Shown here: in pieces, positions 35,029-50,765 of the stretch
Numbering within the stretch: position 1 is the stretch's first letter
Layout: each line of letters starts with the position of its first letter
Source of the DNA: Ascoidea asiatica JCM 7603
Lineage: Eukaryota > Fungi > Ascomycota
Assembly: GCA_001600695.1 (NCBI GenBank)
Contig: BCKQ01000002.1
Coordinates: 127,523 to 191,522, forward strand
Reading direction: 5' to 3'
Length of the DNA stretch: 64,000 nt
Position numbers and translations under genes: made by a program
The notes under the pieces: generated by a model
Databases searched by the model: none
Seen by the model: the letters and a program-made list of their open reading frames with translations, nothing else
Told to the model about the DNA's origin: nothing

Positions 35029-35501
35029 GAGTTCAAAGCTTAAAATTATTTTTTCTTGTTAGGTAAAACTTAACTAAATACTTTATTTCCGTCATTCAAG
35101 AAGTATTTTACTACAGTAAATTTGGTTTCTTTCCGTACATTTCATACCAGCCCCATTATCCATTATCCATTATTTGTGATCCTCAGTATTCCCAGTATTT
35201 TCATTATCTCCTATATTTCCAATATCTCTAATCTTTAGCATTTTTAGCATTTACACCAATTATACCACTCTAAATAGCATCCTTAATTCAATATAGACTA
35301 TATAAACGATATATAAAGCATTTTAATCATATTACAAACTACTTTACTAATTTAAATATTCATATAATAAAGTAATCAATCAATACTTTACAAAGTCCAA
35401 CGAAAACAAAAAATAAAAAGAATTTATTAAAACTTATCAACAAAGTCCTAAGGTCTTGCCTCTACCATTGTTGAAATTTTATCTTATATATAACTAATTT
35501 T

Positions 35502-40130
<4,629 letters not shown>

Positions 40131-41008
40131 TCTAGAAATTAATGAATAGAACTATTTATTGCAAGATATTTTAGGTTTTCAAGAATTTTTACCTAGGAAT
40201 AAATGAGAATAATAATATCTGTTATTATTTATGCGAAGAGAAATATGTTTTTGAAGCAAACAAAGCTAAAATGAGACTAGTAGTTACTCTCAAAACCGTT
40301 AGAGATACGTTAGAATTAATATTGAGATTTAATGAGAGTGAAAATAAAGCAGAGTGATAGTATTAGTTGAATTAGAGCCTACATGAAAAAAAGCTATAAA
40401 TCAAATATGTAAAACAGAAAAAAAAACTATAATTTTCCCTTTATTTCTTTTGCAATAGCTGTTGTTGCTCTTGATAATAAATTTAGATTTATTTTTTGTT
40501 TTGATGTTGATAAAGGAAGTTTATAAAAGACCGGTAAAGTTGTCACTCAACACGAAAAAGGTAATTAGCCATGAAAGTGCCACTATGTGGCTATGTGAGC
40601 ATGGCGGTGCTAATAGCACCCAGCCCCAGATTCGTTGCCAGTTTCACACCCGTGCAGGTACTGTATCACTGATTCAGTCACTGATTTGGTAGAAACCTCT
40701 CGCCATTTTTCCATACTTTAGCGAAATTATCAATATGCTATCTCTTTACTTTAGCGTTGCTTCACACAAAGTCTTTAGTGTTTTCTGAATATTGAACCTC
40801 CTGCGACATTATCGATATTTGAATGTTCAATTTATGAAAGGTTTTGGAACTTTTATAAAGGATCAATTGAAATTTTACTTTTAACTAAATTGCTGGCATT
40901 ATTTATTGCAGTTAATTTACAGAACATTAGTATCATATATCACGGGATCCCCTTTCCTTTTCACAAGCCTACTGTAAGTGATTTTTTTGAATAAGGGTGA
41001 ACTGGTGA

Positions 41009-41019
41009 ACGCGACGCGT
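41009..41019. promoter_or_regulatory. Tandem MCB elements upstream of MMS21
   Basis: ACGCGACGCGT about 190 bp upstream of the ATG. Confidence 0.6.
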
Positions 41020-41208
41020 ATTTCACCTCTGGTAATATTAATTTTTCGATTAGCGGGCAATACTGATATCAATAAAGTAAATATATTTTTTTCAAAATGA
41101 TTTTGGTTAATTTAGTGTTGCAATTAATTAAATTTTTTAATAAATTTACTATCCCTATTTATTTACAAAAAGATTACAGAACGGTTAGTTTGAAGTTACT
41201 TTGAAAAT

Positions 41209-42129
41209 ATGGAATTGCCTGAGTATTTTCCTTTTACCAAAGATGCTTTGAGTATTTTAAATGAAGTATCATTGGACATTGATCAGGATTTCAGTGAATT
41301 GAAGGATGATCTTAAAAAGTTTACTTTAGAATATTTCACAGAATATGATTACAATGATAAAGAAGTTTTAGATCAGACACTTTCTACTTTGAAAAAAGTG
41401 ATTATAATGGATAAATATACAAAATTATATAAGAACTCTTTGCAGCGAACAAAAGGAAATTTCAGAGCTAAATTGAGGGAAGAAGATCCTTTAAGTTATA
41501 AAACTTTGCCCTATTATAATAATTTGACAGATCATCCTCCTTCTTTAACTAAAACTTTTGATGAAAATTTAAAATCTGAAGTAAATCAGGTTACTTTATC
41601 AACCCTATTCAATAATGATGAATATTTTACAAATATTAAAAATTCACTTTTTGTAACTGAGCATCCTTTAGAACCTTTACCTAAAAAATCTGAAGATTTA
41701 TCTGATTTACTTTCACCAAACATAGCTGAAAGTCATGATCAATCAAATGATACTGAAAAAAATTATTCTTTACCAAACTTTGATGAATTTATAAAGCAAA
41801 TCAGAAATAGTCCTATTCATGATGGTGAGGATGATGATGATGAAATCCTTGAATCTGGGGGAAAAATTTCTTTACTTTGCCCTATTTCAAGAACTCAATT
41901 TGTCGAACCTGTCATATCAAGAAAATGTAATCATACTTTTTCAAAACAATCATTACTAGAGTTATTAACTAATTCTGAAGGTGCATCTTGCCCTGTCCCA
42001 GGTTGCGATTCAAGCCTATTCCAACGTGATTTCAAACATGATAATCTAATGGAGCTAAGAATTAAAAGTTATAATAAAATTAAAGCCAAAGAAAGATTGC
42101 AAAAAGACAAAGAACTTGAATCAATTTAA
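41209..42129 (+). CDS. MMS21: Smc5/6 SUMO ligase Mms21/Nse2
   Basis: SP-RING: DDEILESGGKISLLCPIS...PVISRKCNHTF...CPVPGC. Confidence 0.9.
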   Translation: MELPEYFPFTKDALSILNEVSLDIDQDFSELKDDLKKFTLEYFTEYDYNDKEVLDQTLSTLKKVIIMDKYTKLYKNSLQRTKGNFRAKLREEDPLSYKTLPYYNNLTDHPPSLTKTFDENLKSEVNQVTLSTLFNNDEYFTNIKNSLFVTEHPLEPLPKKSEDLSDLLSPNIAESHDQSNDTEKNYSLPNFDEFIKQIRNSPIHDGEDDDDEILESGGKISLLCPISRTQFVEPVISRKCNHTFSKQSLLELLTNSEGASCPVPGCDSSLFQRDFKHDNLMELRIKSYNKIKAKERLQKDKELESI

Positions 42130-42251
42130 CCTAATTTATATAACTTTTTTTTATTAACTTTATTTTATTTTCAATATATAAATATATACATATCTGTACA
42201 ATAGCACATTTTTTTTTCATAATAGAAAAATAATAACCATTTTCTAATCAG

Positions 42252-43046
42252 TTATTTAAACATAAAAGAATCATCCATATATCTACCATTATCAATACCC
42301 GATTGTTTCTCTATAATTCCCCAAATTCGATCCATTTTAATTCCACCTATATCATCAACAACATAAAAATATCTTTTAATTCCAGTTTCTTCATCCTTAT
42401 ACTCCCAATTTATCCAACCTTGTTTTTTATTAACAATTTTTAAACCTTTTAATCTAACTAAAATATTATAAGTAGATCTTCCTGTCCAGGAAATTTTTTC
42501 AACAATAAATGATTCATTATCAACTAGATCCTTATATAATTGCTTTTCTCCTTTACTTTTATCATATACACGAAAAATTCTTGAAACATATGCAGAAGAG
42601 AAAAAATTGATAATTGGCGATGGCAATAATGAAATGAAAAATGCTATAGTTGACAAATCTTGTGAAAAAAACATAGAAGAATCAATTAATGAAGATAAAT
42701 ATACTCCAACTATGGATATTGTTAGTGAAAATCTTTTACTTGCAGAAATATATCTAACTGCAGGTCCAACATATAATGGATAGTATCCAAGCCTATATTT
42801 AGAGTCAAGCTCTTTTTTATTGAAACCTTGCATTGGTTTTACTTTTATAGCTTCATTACTTTTTTCATAAGCTGATGATTGGGGAGAAGGATCAAAATCT
42901 TCATTTAAGATATTTGAAGTATCATTAGCTAATTTATATCGATTGACTGAAGAGTGAAAATATTGAATTATATTAACTTGAGGCTCTTTGAAAATTAAAG
43001 ATGAAATCTTGAAGCTGGAAAATACTTTATTTCTAACTCTGAACAT
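42252..43046 (-). CDS. Mitochondrial inner-membrane TMEM70/TMEM186/TMEM223-like protein
   Basis: Basic/Ser-rich presequence, LYVGPAVRYISASKRFSL, two hydrophobic segments, AYVSRIF. Confidence 0.6.
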   Translation of the reverse strand: MFRVRNKVFSSFKISSLIFKEPQVNIIQYFHSSVNRYKLANDTSNILNEDFDPSPQSSAYEKSNEAIKVKPMQGFNKKELDSKYRLGYYPLYVGPAVRYISASKRFSLTISIVGVYLSSLIDSSMFFSQDLSTIAFFISLLPSPIINFFSSAYVSRIFRVYDKSKGEKQLYKDLVDNESFIVEKISWTGRSTYNILVRLKGLKIVNKKQGWINWEYKDEETGIKRYFYVVDDIGGIKMDRIWGIIEKQSGIDNGRYMDDSFMFK

Positions 43047-43481
43047 TTTTTTAAAATAAAATCAAACGAAAGGGTCTTTTATAGAGTATAAGAAAAAAAA
43101 TATCAAAAGAATAAATAATTAGTATCGTAAATATCATTAGATATAATAAATCTGTAGCGTAAATTCGTTACTGTAATATTGATAGTGTAAGTCAAATTAA
43201 ATTATTCACAAACCAAACTAATATATTGGCAGGAGCATTGATCATATTAGCATACTTAATTTTCCACTAACATACAGGGATTATTGAATAGTAATTTTGT
43301 AAATTTTCTTGACTTTGACCTTATTGTAAGGGTAACCGTGTGATTTATATCTCTAAAGCCGAATTTTATCTGTTTAAAAAAGGAGCTTTCAATAACCATA
43401 GTCTAAAATGGAATAATTTTTGAAAATCAGAACTTAATGGTTTTATCTTGATTAATAATTTATATTAAAGCTTGTATAAAA

Positions 43482-46400
43482 ATGGACTTAAATACAAACC
43501 TTTATAGGTTTCTCGGCTCTCAGATTTTATTCACCGAACTATCAAAGCTAAAAAATTCTGCCGAAACTAATAATCGTACTCAAAATAAATTAGCAATATC
43601 TTTGACTTTATCTAAAGTTGTGGATTTACTAATAAAGCATCCTTTAATAAGTGGGTTTATTGATCAGTTTTATATTGAAGATAGTGATAAAGCCAAAAAT
43701 AGCCCAGAGCGTGAGTCCAAATATGGATTTGAATCAACTACCTCTCTAAACTCTTCAATACTAGATAAGGAACTATTAAGGTCTACACCCATTCTTATAA
43801 ATCATTCTTACGTTCTTGATTATATCATCCAAAATTTTCAATCCATTTATCAAAAACAGATGAAAAGTCAAGATGATTCTCAGAAATTAAATTCAAATTA
43901 TTCATCCAATCCTACTTCTAACTATAGTAGCATTGAACCCTCAAGTAATAATTATACTAATAATGAAAATAATGAAAATAGCAACAACAGCAATAATAAT
44001 AACAATAATAATGGTAATAGTAATATTAATAGTAATAATAATAACTATATTTCCATAAACAGTCGTGTGTCAAACTCTAATACTAAAAGTAATTTAATTG
44101 CAAATTCACATATTCCTATTAATATTGTTAATGATAATACTTCTATTAAAAGAAATGATGAGATTAGTAAAATTGATAGTTCAAGTTCACAAGCCAGGAA
44201 AAGTCTAGAGGAAAAATCGAAAAGTTGTAGTCAAACCATGAATAATAACTCATCGTATGAATCCTCTCGATATCAGTTATTTGATATCAAGAAAGATTCA
44301 AAAAGTCCAGAAAATGTTTTAATTACATTAATTGATCCTATAGAACCAAAACTAAATTTTTTAAGAAATCTTTCTTTTCATTGTAATAATTTAATCAAAA
44401 AAATATTAATAAAAGAAATAAGTAATCTCGAGGTTAAATATCAGAGGTACGAAACAGAAATAAGTGAACTAAGCAACGGCAAGTTCGAAAACTCTCTTAT
44501 AATCAAGGAAGACAATGAATTCAAATTAATCAGGGAAATTCATGAAGAAGCAAAGTTTAAGGTAAAAAAGGAAGAGGAAAGGTTACAAAATGAATCCATT
44601 AAGTTTAAAAAATTAGAAAAACAAGTATTTTCAAAGAAAAAGGAATTATCTGAGGTATCATCAAACAAAAAGGAATTATCTGATACACAAAACCCAAGGC
44701 AAGCAAAGGTCGAAGTCCTTTCATCTAAAGCCGTTGCTCTCAAAAAGCCTAGTAAGATTGAAACCATTCTGAATTTTCCATCTGAAAATAATAAAACAGC
44801 ATCTGAACATAAAGATCCGAAATCAAATTCATTGCTAACACAGCCAAGTTCTGATTCTCATTTTACCCATGCACCTAAAATTAATCAGAATATAAAAATT
44901 TTCAATACTTTAAAGAATGCCATTGGTAATATCAGCTCAAAATTCAACTCTTCGGCCAGTGGAGGTCATAAATTGAACATACCCCTAATAAATACCAAAT
45001 CTAAGCTTGAGTCGGACGACAATCATAAATTCAGAGAAGAAACACTTGGAAGTCTTATTGAACGCCGCAGTTTAACTGAAGGCGAAAAGAAAGATTCTAG
45101 TTTTCTGGATTCAGATTCAACTCAAAAAAGCTTAGATAAATATTCGATTTTAAACGCTGTTGCAAATTCTAATAATCCACTTATAAAAAGTGTCGAAATG
45201 GATGCTTCAAATAAGAAAAAACAAAGCATTTCAGCGGAACCTAAAAGAGCAATGTCCCAAGCCCAAAAAGAAAATAGTGCAATAATTCCAAATGAACTTC
45301 TTTTAAAGAATGAAGGTTCGGTTCTCAAGAATGGCCTCAAAAATAATGATCCAAAAATAATTGATGACAACCCTAAAAAGACAGAAAGTCCAATTGATTG
45401 CAAAATATTGAAAACAAAAGTTGTTTCAAACGAAACGTCCTCGGACTCAAAAATACTGTCAAAGTTATCCACTGTTTCAAATATCAAGACAAAAGCTAAA
45501 AAAGAAGCAAAGCCAATCTTAAGCCCGCAAAGTTTTTCTAAATATGAGGCATCTCCTGAAGATATCCCCAAAATTGATGGTGCCATAGATGTTAACCAGT
45601 CAATCAATATTAAAACTGTAACTATTCCATTCTTATTAGAAAGCTCAAATACCAAATCAGAGCTTACAAAGGAAACCGAGCCTATAATTAAGAATAGCGA
45701 TAATCCAGCTTCAAAAAAACAAATTGAAAGCGAATCCAAAATTCGTACCAACGATATTGTTAATCCAAAACCTAATTTGAATTTTGGTGACGAATCTAAT
45801 ATTGAGAATTCAAGTTCAAAAACACAATTTTTGCCTCTAAATTCATCTCAGATTGCAAGCGAAGAAAACTTAAGTCATAAGGAAGCTAGCCAAATAAGTG
45901 AACCTAAAAGGGATTCAATAAAAAAAAAAGAATTAACCCAAATGTCAGCTGAGCAAAACTTTGAAAGTCCTCTTTTACTGAATTCAACTAAGCCAGAGCT
46001 GACCAATGAAAAAGAAGAGCCTTTGACCAAAGATAACACTGAAGCTAAAATCATAGAACCAAAACCTGTTGATGTAGTCGAAATCAAAATAAGTGATATA
46101 ACTTTTCCTGTAGGAAACATAGTGGAAGAAAATCTAAAAGAAAAAAATGTTAACGACAAAAGTTCTACCTCAATAGAGGTTCAACCTAAAACTAATGTGT
46201 TGGATGTAAAAGCAGAAAATACTATCCTTCAAATCGAACAAGAGAACGCAGAACATTTAATAACAGAAACAACTAGTTTGAAAGAAGAAAAGGTCACCGC
46301 GGAAGTAGCTGAAAAAATAGAAGCACCAAACTCTGAAATAGAAGCTATAAAACCTACGGAAATTCGGAAAAGTGCTCGTTTGCAAAACAAAAATTTAAAT

Positions 46401-47315
46401 CATGAAAAAGAGGATAATGAAAATAACGAAGAAGTGATTACAGAGATTACTAAGAAAGAAAGCATAGAGAAAGATAAAAAAGGGAACCTTGAAAAAACTA
46501 TACCTGAGCTCAAGACCAAGAAATTTGAGGAAGGTATTGCTAATAAATCAGAATTAATGGAACATCCTAAACACAATGATAAATCAATGGGGCAAACTTT
46601 GAAGGATGAAAGTCAGAGTAAAGAAGTTAAAAAAGAATTAAAGAAGGAAACTAAAAAACCTGAAGAAGAACTGAAACACAATGATATTAAAAAGGGGATT
46701 GAGACCACCAAACGAAAACTAAGGTCATATACAAAAGATGACGATGAAAGCATCAATAATCATAGAAAGAAAAATCATAAAATTGAAAAAGAAAAACCAG
46801 AACTGGAGGAAAAGCACCCTGTAAAAGAGAAGGAAAAAGAAACTAAGTCTGTGAACTCTACAGGCAAAAATGCCAAAAAAAGAAAACGCTCGAATTCTCC
46901 TTTATCTTCTATTAATAAGCGCCGTCAAAATCAAGACGCTGGGAAAAAACACTCCGGATATGCGTCTAGTCCTCAGCATAAAAAATTTATCACGGTTGCA
47001 AACTCATTAATTTCGAATATCTCATCAATGAAATTCTCCTCACCATTTTTGCAACCTGTTAATGCAAATGACGCACCTAATTATTATTCATTAATATATC
47101 AGCCAAGAGATTTGAAAACCATAAAGCAAATGATCAAGGATGCTAGAATCACTAACTCTACCGAATTAGAAAAAGAGCTCATATTAATGTTTTCTAATGC
47201 CATTATGTATAATAAAACAAATAGTGATGTTTTTTTATGGGCGAAGGAAATGGAGCAAGAAGTTGGTGTTTTATTAAATTTGTTCAAGGAGGCAGAGAGA
47301 GATGCTAAACTCTAA
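43482..47315 (+). CDS. BRD8/Bdc1-like protein with a C-terminal bromodomain
   Basis: Bromodomain FSSPFLQPVNANDAPNYYSLIYQPRDLKTIK...LMFSNAIMYN. N-terminal coiled coil (LEVKYQRYETEISELSNGKFE). Long disordered middle. Confidence 0.75.
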   Translation: MDLNTNLYRFLGSQILFTELSKLKNSAETNNRTQNKLAISLTLSKVVDLLIKHPLISGFIDQFYIEDSDKAKNSPERESKYGFESTTSLNSSILDKELLRSTPILINHSYVLDYIIQNFQSIYQKQMKSQDDSQKLNSNYSSNPTSNYSSIEPSSNNYTNNENNENSNNSNNNNNNNGNSNINSNNNNYISINSRVSNSNTKSNLIANSHIPINIVNDNTSIKRNDEISKIDSSSSQARKSLEEKSKSCSQTMNNNSSYESSRYQLFDIKKDSKSPENVLITLIDPIEPKLNFLRNLSFHCNNLIKKILIKEISNLEVKYQRYETEISELSNGKFENSLIIKEDNEFKLIREIHEEAKFKVKKEEERLQNESIKFKKLEKQVFSKKKELSEVSSNKKELSDTQNPRQAKVEVLSSKAVALKKPSKIETILNFPSENNKTASEHKDPKSNSLLTQPSSDSHFTHAPKINQNIKIFNTLKNAIGNISSKFNSSASGGHKLNIPLINTKSKLESDDNHKFREETLGSLIERRSLTEGEKKDSSFLDSDSTQKSLDKYSILNAVANSNNPLIKSVEMDASNKKKQSISAEPKRAMSQAQKENSAIIPNELLLKNEGSVLKNGLKNNDPKIIDDNPKKTESPIDCKILKTKVVSNETSSDSKILSKLSTVSNIKTKAKKEAKPILSPQSFSKYEASPEDIPKIDGAIDVNQSINIKTVTIPFLLESSNTKSELTKETEPIIKNSDNPASKKQIESESKIRTNDIVNPKPNLNFGDESNIENSSSKTQFLPLNSSQIASEENLSHKEASQISEPKRDSIKKKELTQMSAEQNFESPLLLNSTKPELTNEKEEPLTKDNTEAKIIEPKPVDVVEIKISDITFPVGNIVEENLKEKNVNDKSSTSIEVQPKTNVLDVKAENTILQIEQENAEHLITETTSLKEEKVTAEVAEKIEAPNSEIEAIKPTEIRKSARLQNKNLNHEKEDNENNEEVITEITKKESIEKDKKGNLEKTIPELKTKKFEEGIANKSELMEHPKHNDKSMGQTLKDESQSKEVKKELKKETKKPEEELKHNDIKKGIETTKRKLRSYTKDDDESINNHRKKNHKIEKEKPELEEKHPVKEKEKETKSVNSTGKNAKKRKRSNSPLSSINKRRQNQDAGKKHSGYASSPQHKKFITVANSLISNISSMKFSSPFLQPVNANDAPNYYSLIYQPRDLKTIKQMIKDARITNSTELEKELILMFSNAIMYNKTNSDVFLWAKEMEQEVGVLLNLFKEAERDAKL

Positions 47316-48152
47316 ATTGAATTGCACTATATCTTCCAAGATTTTATTTTTATTTTTCTCTACTCTATTTATCAAAAATGGAAAGACTAAGAGAAATCCA
47401 TAACAGTATTTTTCAAGACCTCTATTTGCATTGAAAGTCTAATCCAGTGTAATAGGTGATAATAGTCATATTTTATGAATAGGGAATATAAGTTCTAAAA
47501 AATAAAAAAGGTAAGTATCTTCATTTAGTATTTGATATAAATAACCTTTTTCCTATTAGGTTTTCATTACTCTTTAGTGAAGGCTTTTGGAGTCCGTTAA
47601 CTGAGGAAAAAAAATATAAAAATTATTAGTCATTTTTTTATCAGTGGTTGCTGTCTAAACAAAAGAAATAGAGAGTTGTATGTGTGATGAGCTTCAAGTC
47701 GAAAATAAAAAGAAGTTCACTTTTGTTTTTGTAAGGAGCATTAATGTGTATTTTTAGCAAATTTTTTTAAATAACTATTCTACATTTTTACAGTTCACAA
47801 CTTATTTTTATTCAGTAATTTTTTCTTGATCCTTGTCCATAGCACTTCATTTATAAAAATAGTATTATGGCTTGAAATTATCTTCATAAATTTTAAAAAA
47901 GACAATTTTTCAACTGAAGTTTCAATAATCAATTCATTCTATAAACCTTAATAAGGTTATTCACTTGAAAAATATATGATTTAAAAAAGATATAATAGAG
48001 AATTTCTAAATATAATCAATACAGCATTGATCAATAATTCTCGAAAAAATCACTGAGTGAAAAAAGCTAAATAAATTTTCAAAAAGACTTTGAGATTGAA
48101 AATTTTTATTTTTTGTTTTTATCCACAAATATCATTATTTAGAAAATCCGAG

Positions 48153-50765
48153 TTAGCATATGGAGTCCTTGTTGGAAGTAGATAATTTCTTATGAGTGAT
48201 ATCAGGTCTAATAACAGTAATCTTATTTGAGGATGCATATTTTTCGGATGTAGTTTCTTCCAATATTATTCTTGATACTTTCGTAATATCATTTTCTCTG
48301 TGCAGGGCATTTGGATTTAAAGGGCCTAACTTCTGCGAAAATTTTTGCTGAAGTTTTATTGAATTAGGTGAGACTTTTTCAAATGGTTCAATTCGTGAGT
48401 TATTTGCATTTATGAAAGTGTATTCCCCTTCATCATTTGAATCTTGTATATTATTAGTAATAAAAACTTGATTTAATAATTCAATGAATGCAGAAAGTGG
48501 AAGGATACTTTTTTTAAAACAAAGATCTCTTAGAACATATCTTTCCTTTCCCTTATATTTATATCTAAAACAACTGCCAGCTCCAAGAGAGCTCAAAGCA
48601 TATTTAAACAATTTTTGTGGCTTTGAAAAGCCTAAGTTTGATTCATTTTTCTGTTTATCACCATTTTCTAAGATTTTATTGCATGCTTTATCATTTCGCA
48701 AAAAATCATCCTGGTAATACAATTTCCAAATGTCTTTTTGAAGAATTTCATGGTATGGTTTAGGTTGAATGATAAGCTTCAACCAAATAAATGTCAACTC
48801 CTTAACACATAAATTCCTCTTAAACTTTTCTTCTAATTTTTTTAGCTCTATAGTGTAAGACTTGGGAATTTGAAGACAATCTTCAATCTTATTTGTGACT
48901 ATATTAGCATCTTCTGAAGATTCCAATGGAAAAAATCCAGATGAAAGTTTAGAGTGAACAGGGAATATCTGCTTTTGAATCTTATTTGTGCTTTTTTCCC
49001 TGTTTTTATCAATTTTGTTTTCGGTTAAATTTGCTTTGATTACCTCCCTGTTTTCTTGAATATTTTCACCAACAGTCTGTTGATTCGAAATTTTATATAA
49101 TGGAACTCTTTTTCCAAATTTATCTATAGCCGGTTGTTTAACTTTAAAGCCCACTTGTTTTGGTTTTGTTATTTGTGGACTAAACATTTTATCGAATATT
49201 GAGCCTTCCGAGAGACCACCAGAAATTCTTGAAGTGACTTTGGTAATATGATTAGACTTATTTTTCAAAGAGGAAGGATTATCTTTCAGATTTGAAAAGG
49301 CTTTAGCTTTCGAAGTGAGCGGTGGTTGTATTGTTGAAGTTTTGTTTACTTTAACATCTAAAATAGAAGGTTTTACTACGTTTTTTGTTTCCGATTTTTT
49401 ATTATTGTTAAGTTGTTCCTTTTTATTAGCAGAAGTTAAAATCTTTTCCGATGAACTAATAATATTATTTTTTGAAATAGATTCTCCTTTGGGAATTTTT
49501 GTAATAGGTTTTGAAGATTTGTTTTTCTGGTTAATCTTGTTGTTAAGAGTAATTGTAGAGGCCTTCGAATTTCTGGGAGACTTTTGAATAATTGGATCAG
49601 AATCAATTTCGGTTAGAGAATTTTTTTTTGACTTTTGAATACTTTTTTTATTTCTGGAATTTTTATGGTATTCACGTTTATGAGAACCTTTAGAACTATG
49701 TTTGGAATCTTTTTTATCGTCATCGCTAATATAAATTATATCTGAATTAAGCGGTATGACTTCAATTTTCCGAGTTATTTTCTTCGAGATTGAACTTCCA
49801 TCATAAGAGGTATCTAACCTTTTCCTTTTTCTATTTTTTTTATCTTTTGTAAAAAGTTTATTGTCAGAATATGATGTGGTTTTTACGTGAGATTTCAATA
49901 AGCCACTATTTGATTTTGAGAAGGATTTTGAAATATCTGAACTTTCATATATTTCAGATGGAATTTCAGAAGGTACTCTTGAAGAAACTGGCTTTTTGGA
50001 ACATTGATTAGAAAGTTCTTTAGATTGGAAAATAGTAGTATTATTTGTTCTATTCAAGTTTCTTAGAGTATTTAAAGTATTCGAACTATTTATGATATTC
50101 ATACTATCTAGATTATTTGAATTATTTGAAAAATTTGAGTTCTCTATACTATTTGAATCATCATGAATATCTACATTATCCAGATTACTTATATTTATGT
50201 TCTTTGAGTTATTTGAATTGCTTGAACCGCTTTCCTTATGTGTTTTATTAGAATTATTCCAGTTATGTGAATTATCTGAATTATCTGAATTGGTTAAATT
50301 ATCCAAGTTACTTAAATTATCAGAAATGTCAGAATCATCTGAGATAATTGAAATACTTGAATTACTTAAGTTAGTCAAATTATTCGGATTGATTGGATTG
50401 AAAGACTTATACTTCTTTTTTAGGGAACCAAACTGAAACTGAAATTGTTTTGAACTATCAGTAGAAAGTTTAGTTTTACAAATTTTTGAATTTTTAGCAT
50501 GAATATATGAGTTAAGAATAACAAAGCAAGCATCTAGTTCTTGTTTATATGATTCAAGGACATAATCTCTTTTTTGAATTTCTGAATTAAAGTATAGTTC
50601 TAAAAAATCAATCAAACATTTAAATCTTTTTCTAGCAACCTTATTTGGAGAACATTGAATAAATAATCTTTCTAAAAGTGCCAATTTTAAAGAAATTTCT
50701 TCAGATGAATTAAGTGGAAAAAGCGATCCAATATTGAAATCATTTTGTTGTTGAGTATTATTCAT
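48153..50765 (-). CDS. Orphan 870-aa protein with a C-terminal RFX-like winged-helix candidate
   Basis: Long ORF, mostly S/N/K low complexity, with an NLS-like KKNRKRKR. Folded-looking segment FIWLKLII..EILQKDIWKLY..RYVLRDLCFKK. Confidence 0.7.
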   Translation of the reverse strand: MNNTQQQNDFNIGSLFPLNSSEEISLKLALLERLFIQCSPNKVARKRFKCLIDFLELYFNSEIQKRDYVLESYKQELDACFVILNSYIHAKNSKICKTKLSTDSSKQFQFQFGSLKKKYKSFNPINPNNLTNLSNSSISIISDDSDISDNLSNLDNLTNSDNSDNSHNWNNSNKTHKESGSSNSNNSKNINISNLDNVDIHDDSNSIENSNFSNNSNNLDSMNIINSSNTLNTLRNLNRTNNTTIFQSKELSNQCSKKPVSSRVPSEIPSEIYESSDISKSFSKSNSGLLKSHVKTTSYSDNKLFTKDKKNRKRKRLDTSYDGSSISKKITRKIEVIPLNSDIIYISDDDKKDSKHSSKGSHKREYHKNSRNKKSIQKSKKNSLTEIDSDPIIQKSPRNSKASTITLNNKINQKNKSSKPITKIPKGESISKNNIISSSEKILTSANKKEQLNNNKKSETKNVVKPSILDVKVNKTSTIQPPLTSKAKAFSNLKDNPSSLKNKSNHITKVTSRISGGLSEGSIFDKMFSPQITKPKQVGFKVKQPAIDKFGKRVPLYKISNQQTVGENIQENREVIKANLTENKIDKNREKSTNKIQKQIFPVHSKLSSGFFPLESSEDANIVTNKIEDCLQIPKSYTIELKKLEEKFKRNLCVKELTFIWLKLIIQPKPYHEILQKDIWKLYYQDDFLRNDKACNKILENGDKQKNESNLGFSKPQKLFKYALSSLGAGSCFRYKYKGKERYVLRDLCFKKSILPLSAFIELLNQVFITNNIQDSNDEGEYTFINANNSRIEPFEKVSPNSIKLQQKFSQKLGPLNPNALHRENDITKVSRIILEETTSEKYASSNKITVIRPDITHKKLSTSNKDSIC

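Noticed and set aside
45122-45751. 209-aa antisense ORF and other shadows (12810-13226, 63404-63802, etc.)
   Set aside because: They lie opposite genuine CDSs, reflect codon bias and have no independent motifs.
47304-47315. C-terminal AKL (PTS1-like) on the bromodomain protein
   Set aside because: The protein has NLS-like motifs and a bromodomain, and the upstream context is acidic, so this is probably coincidental.
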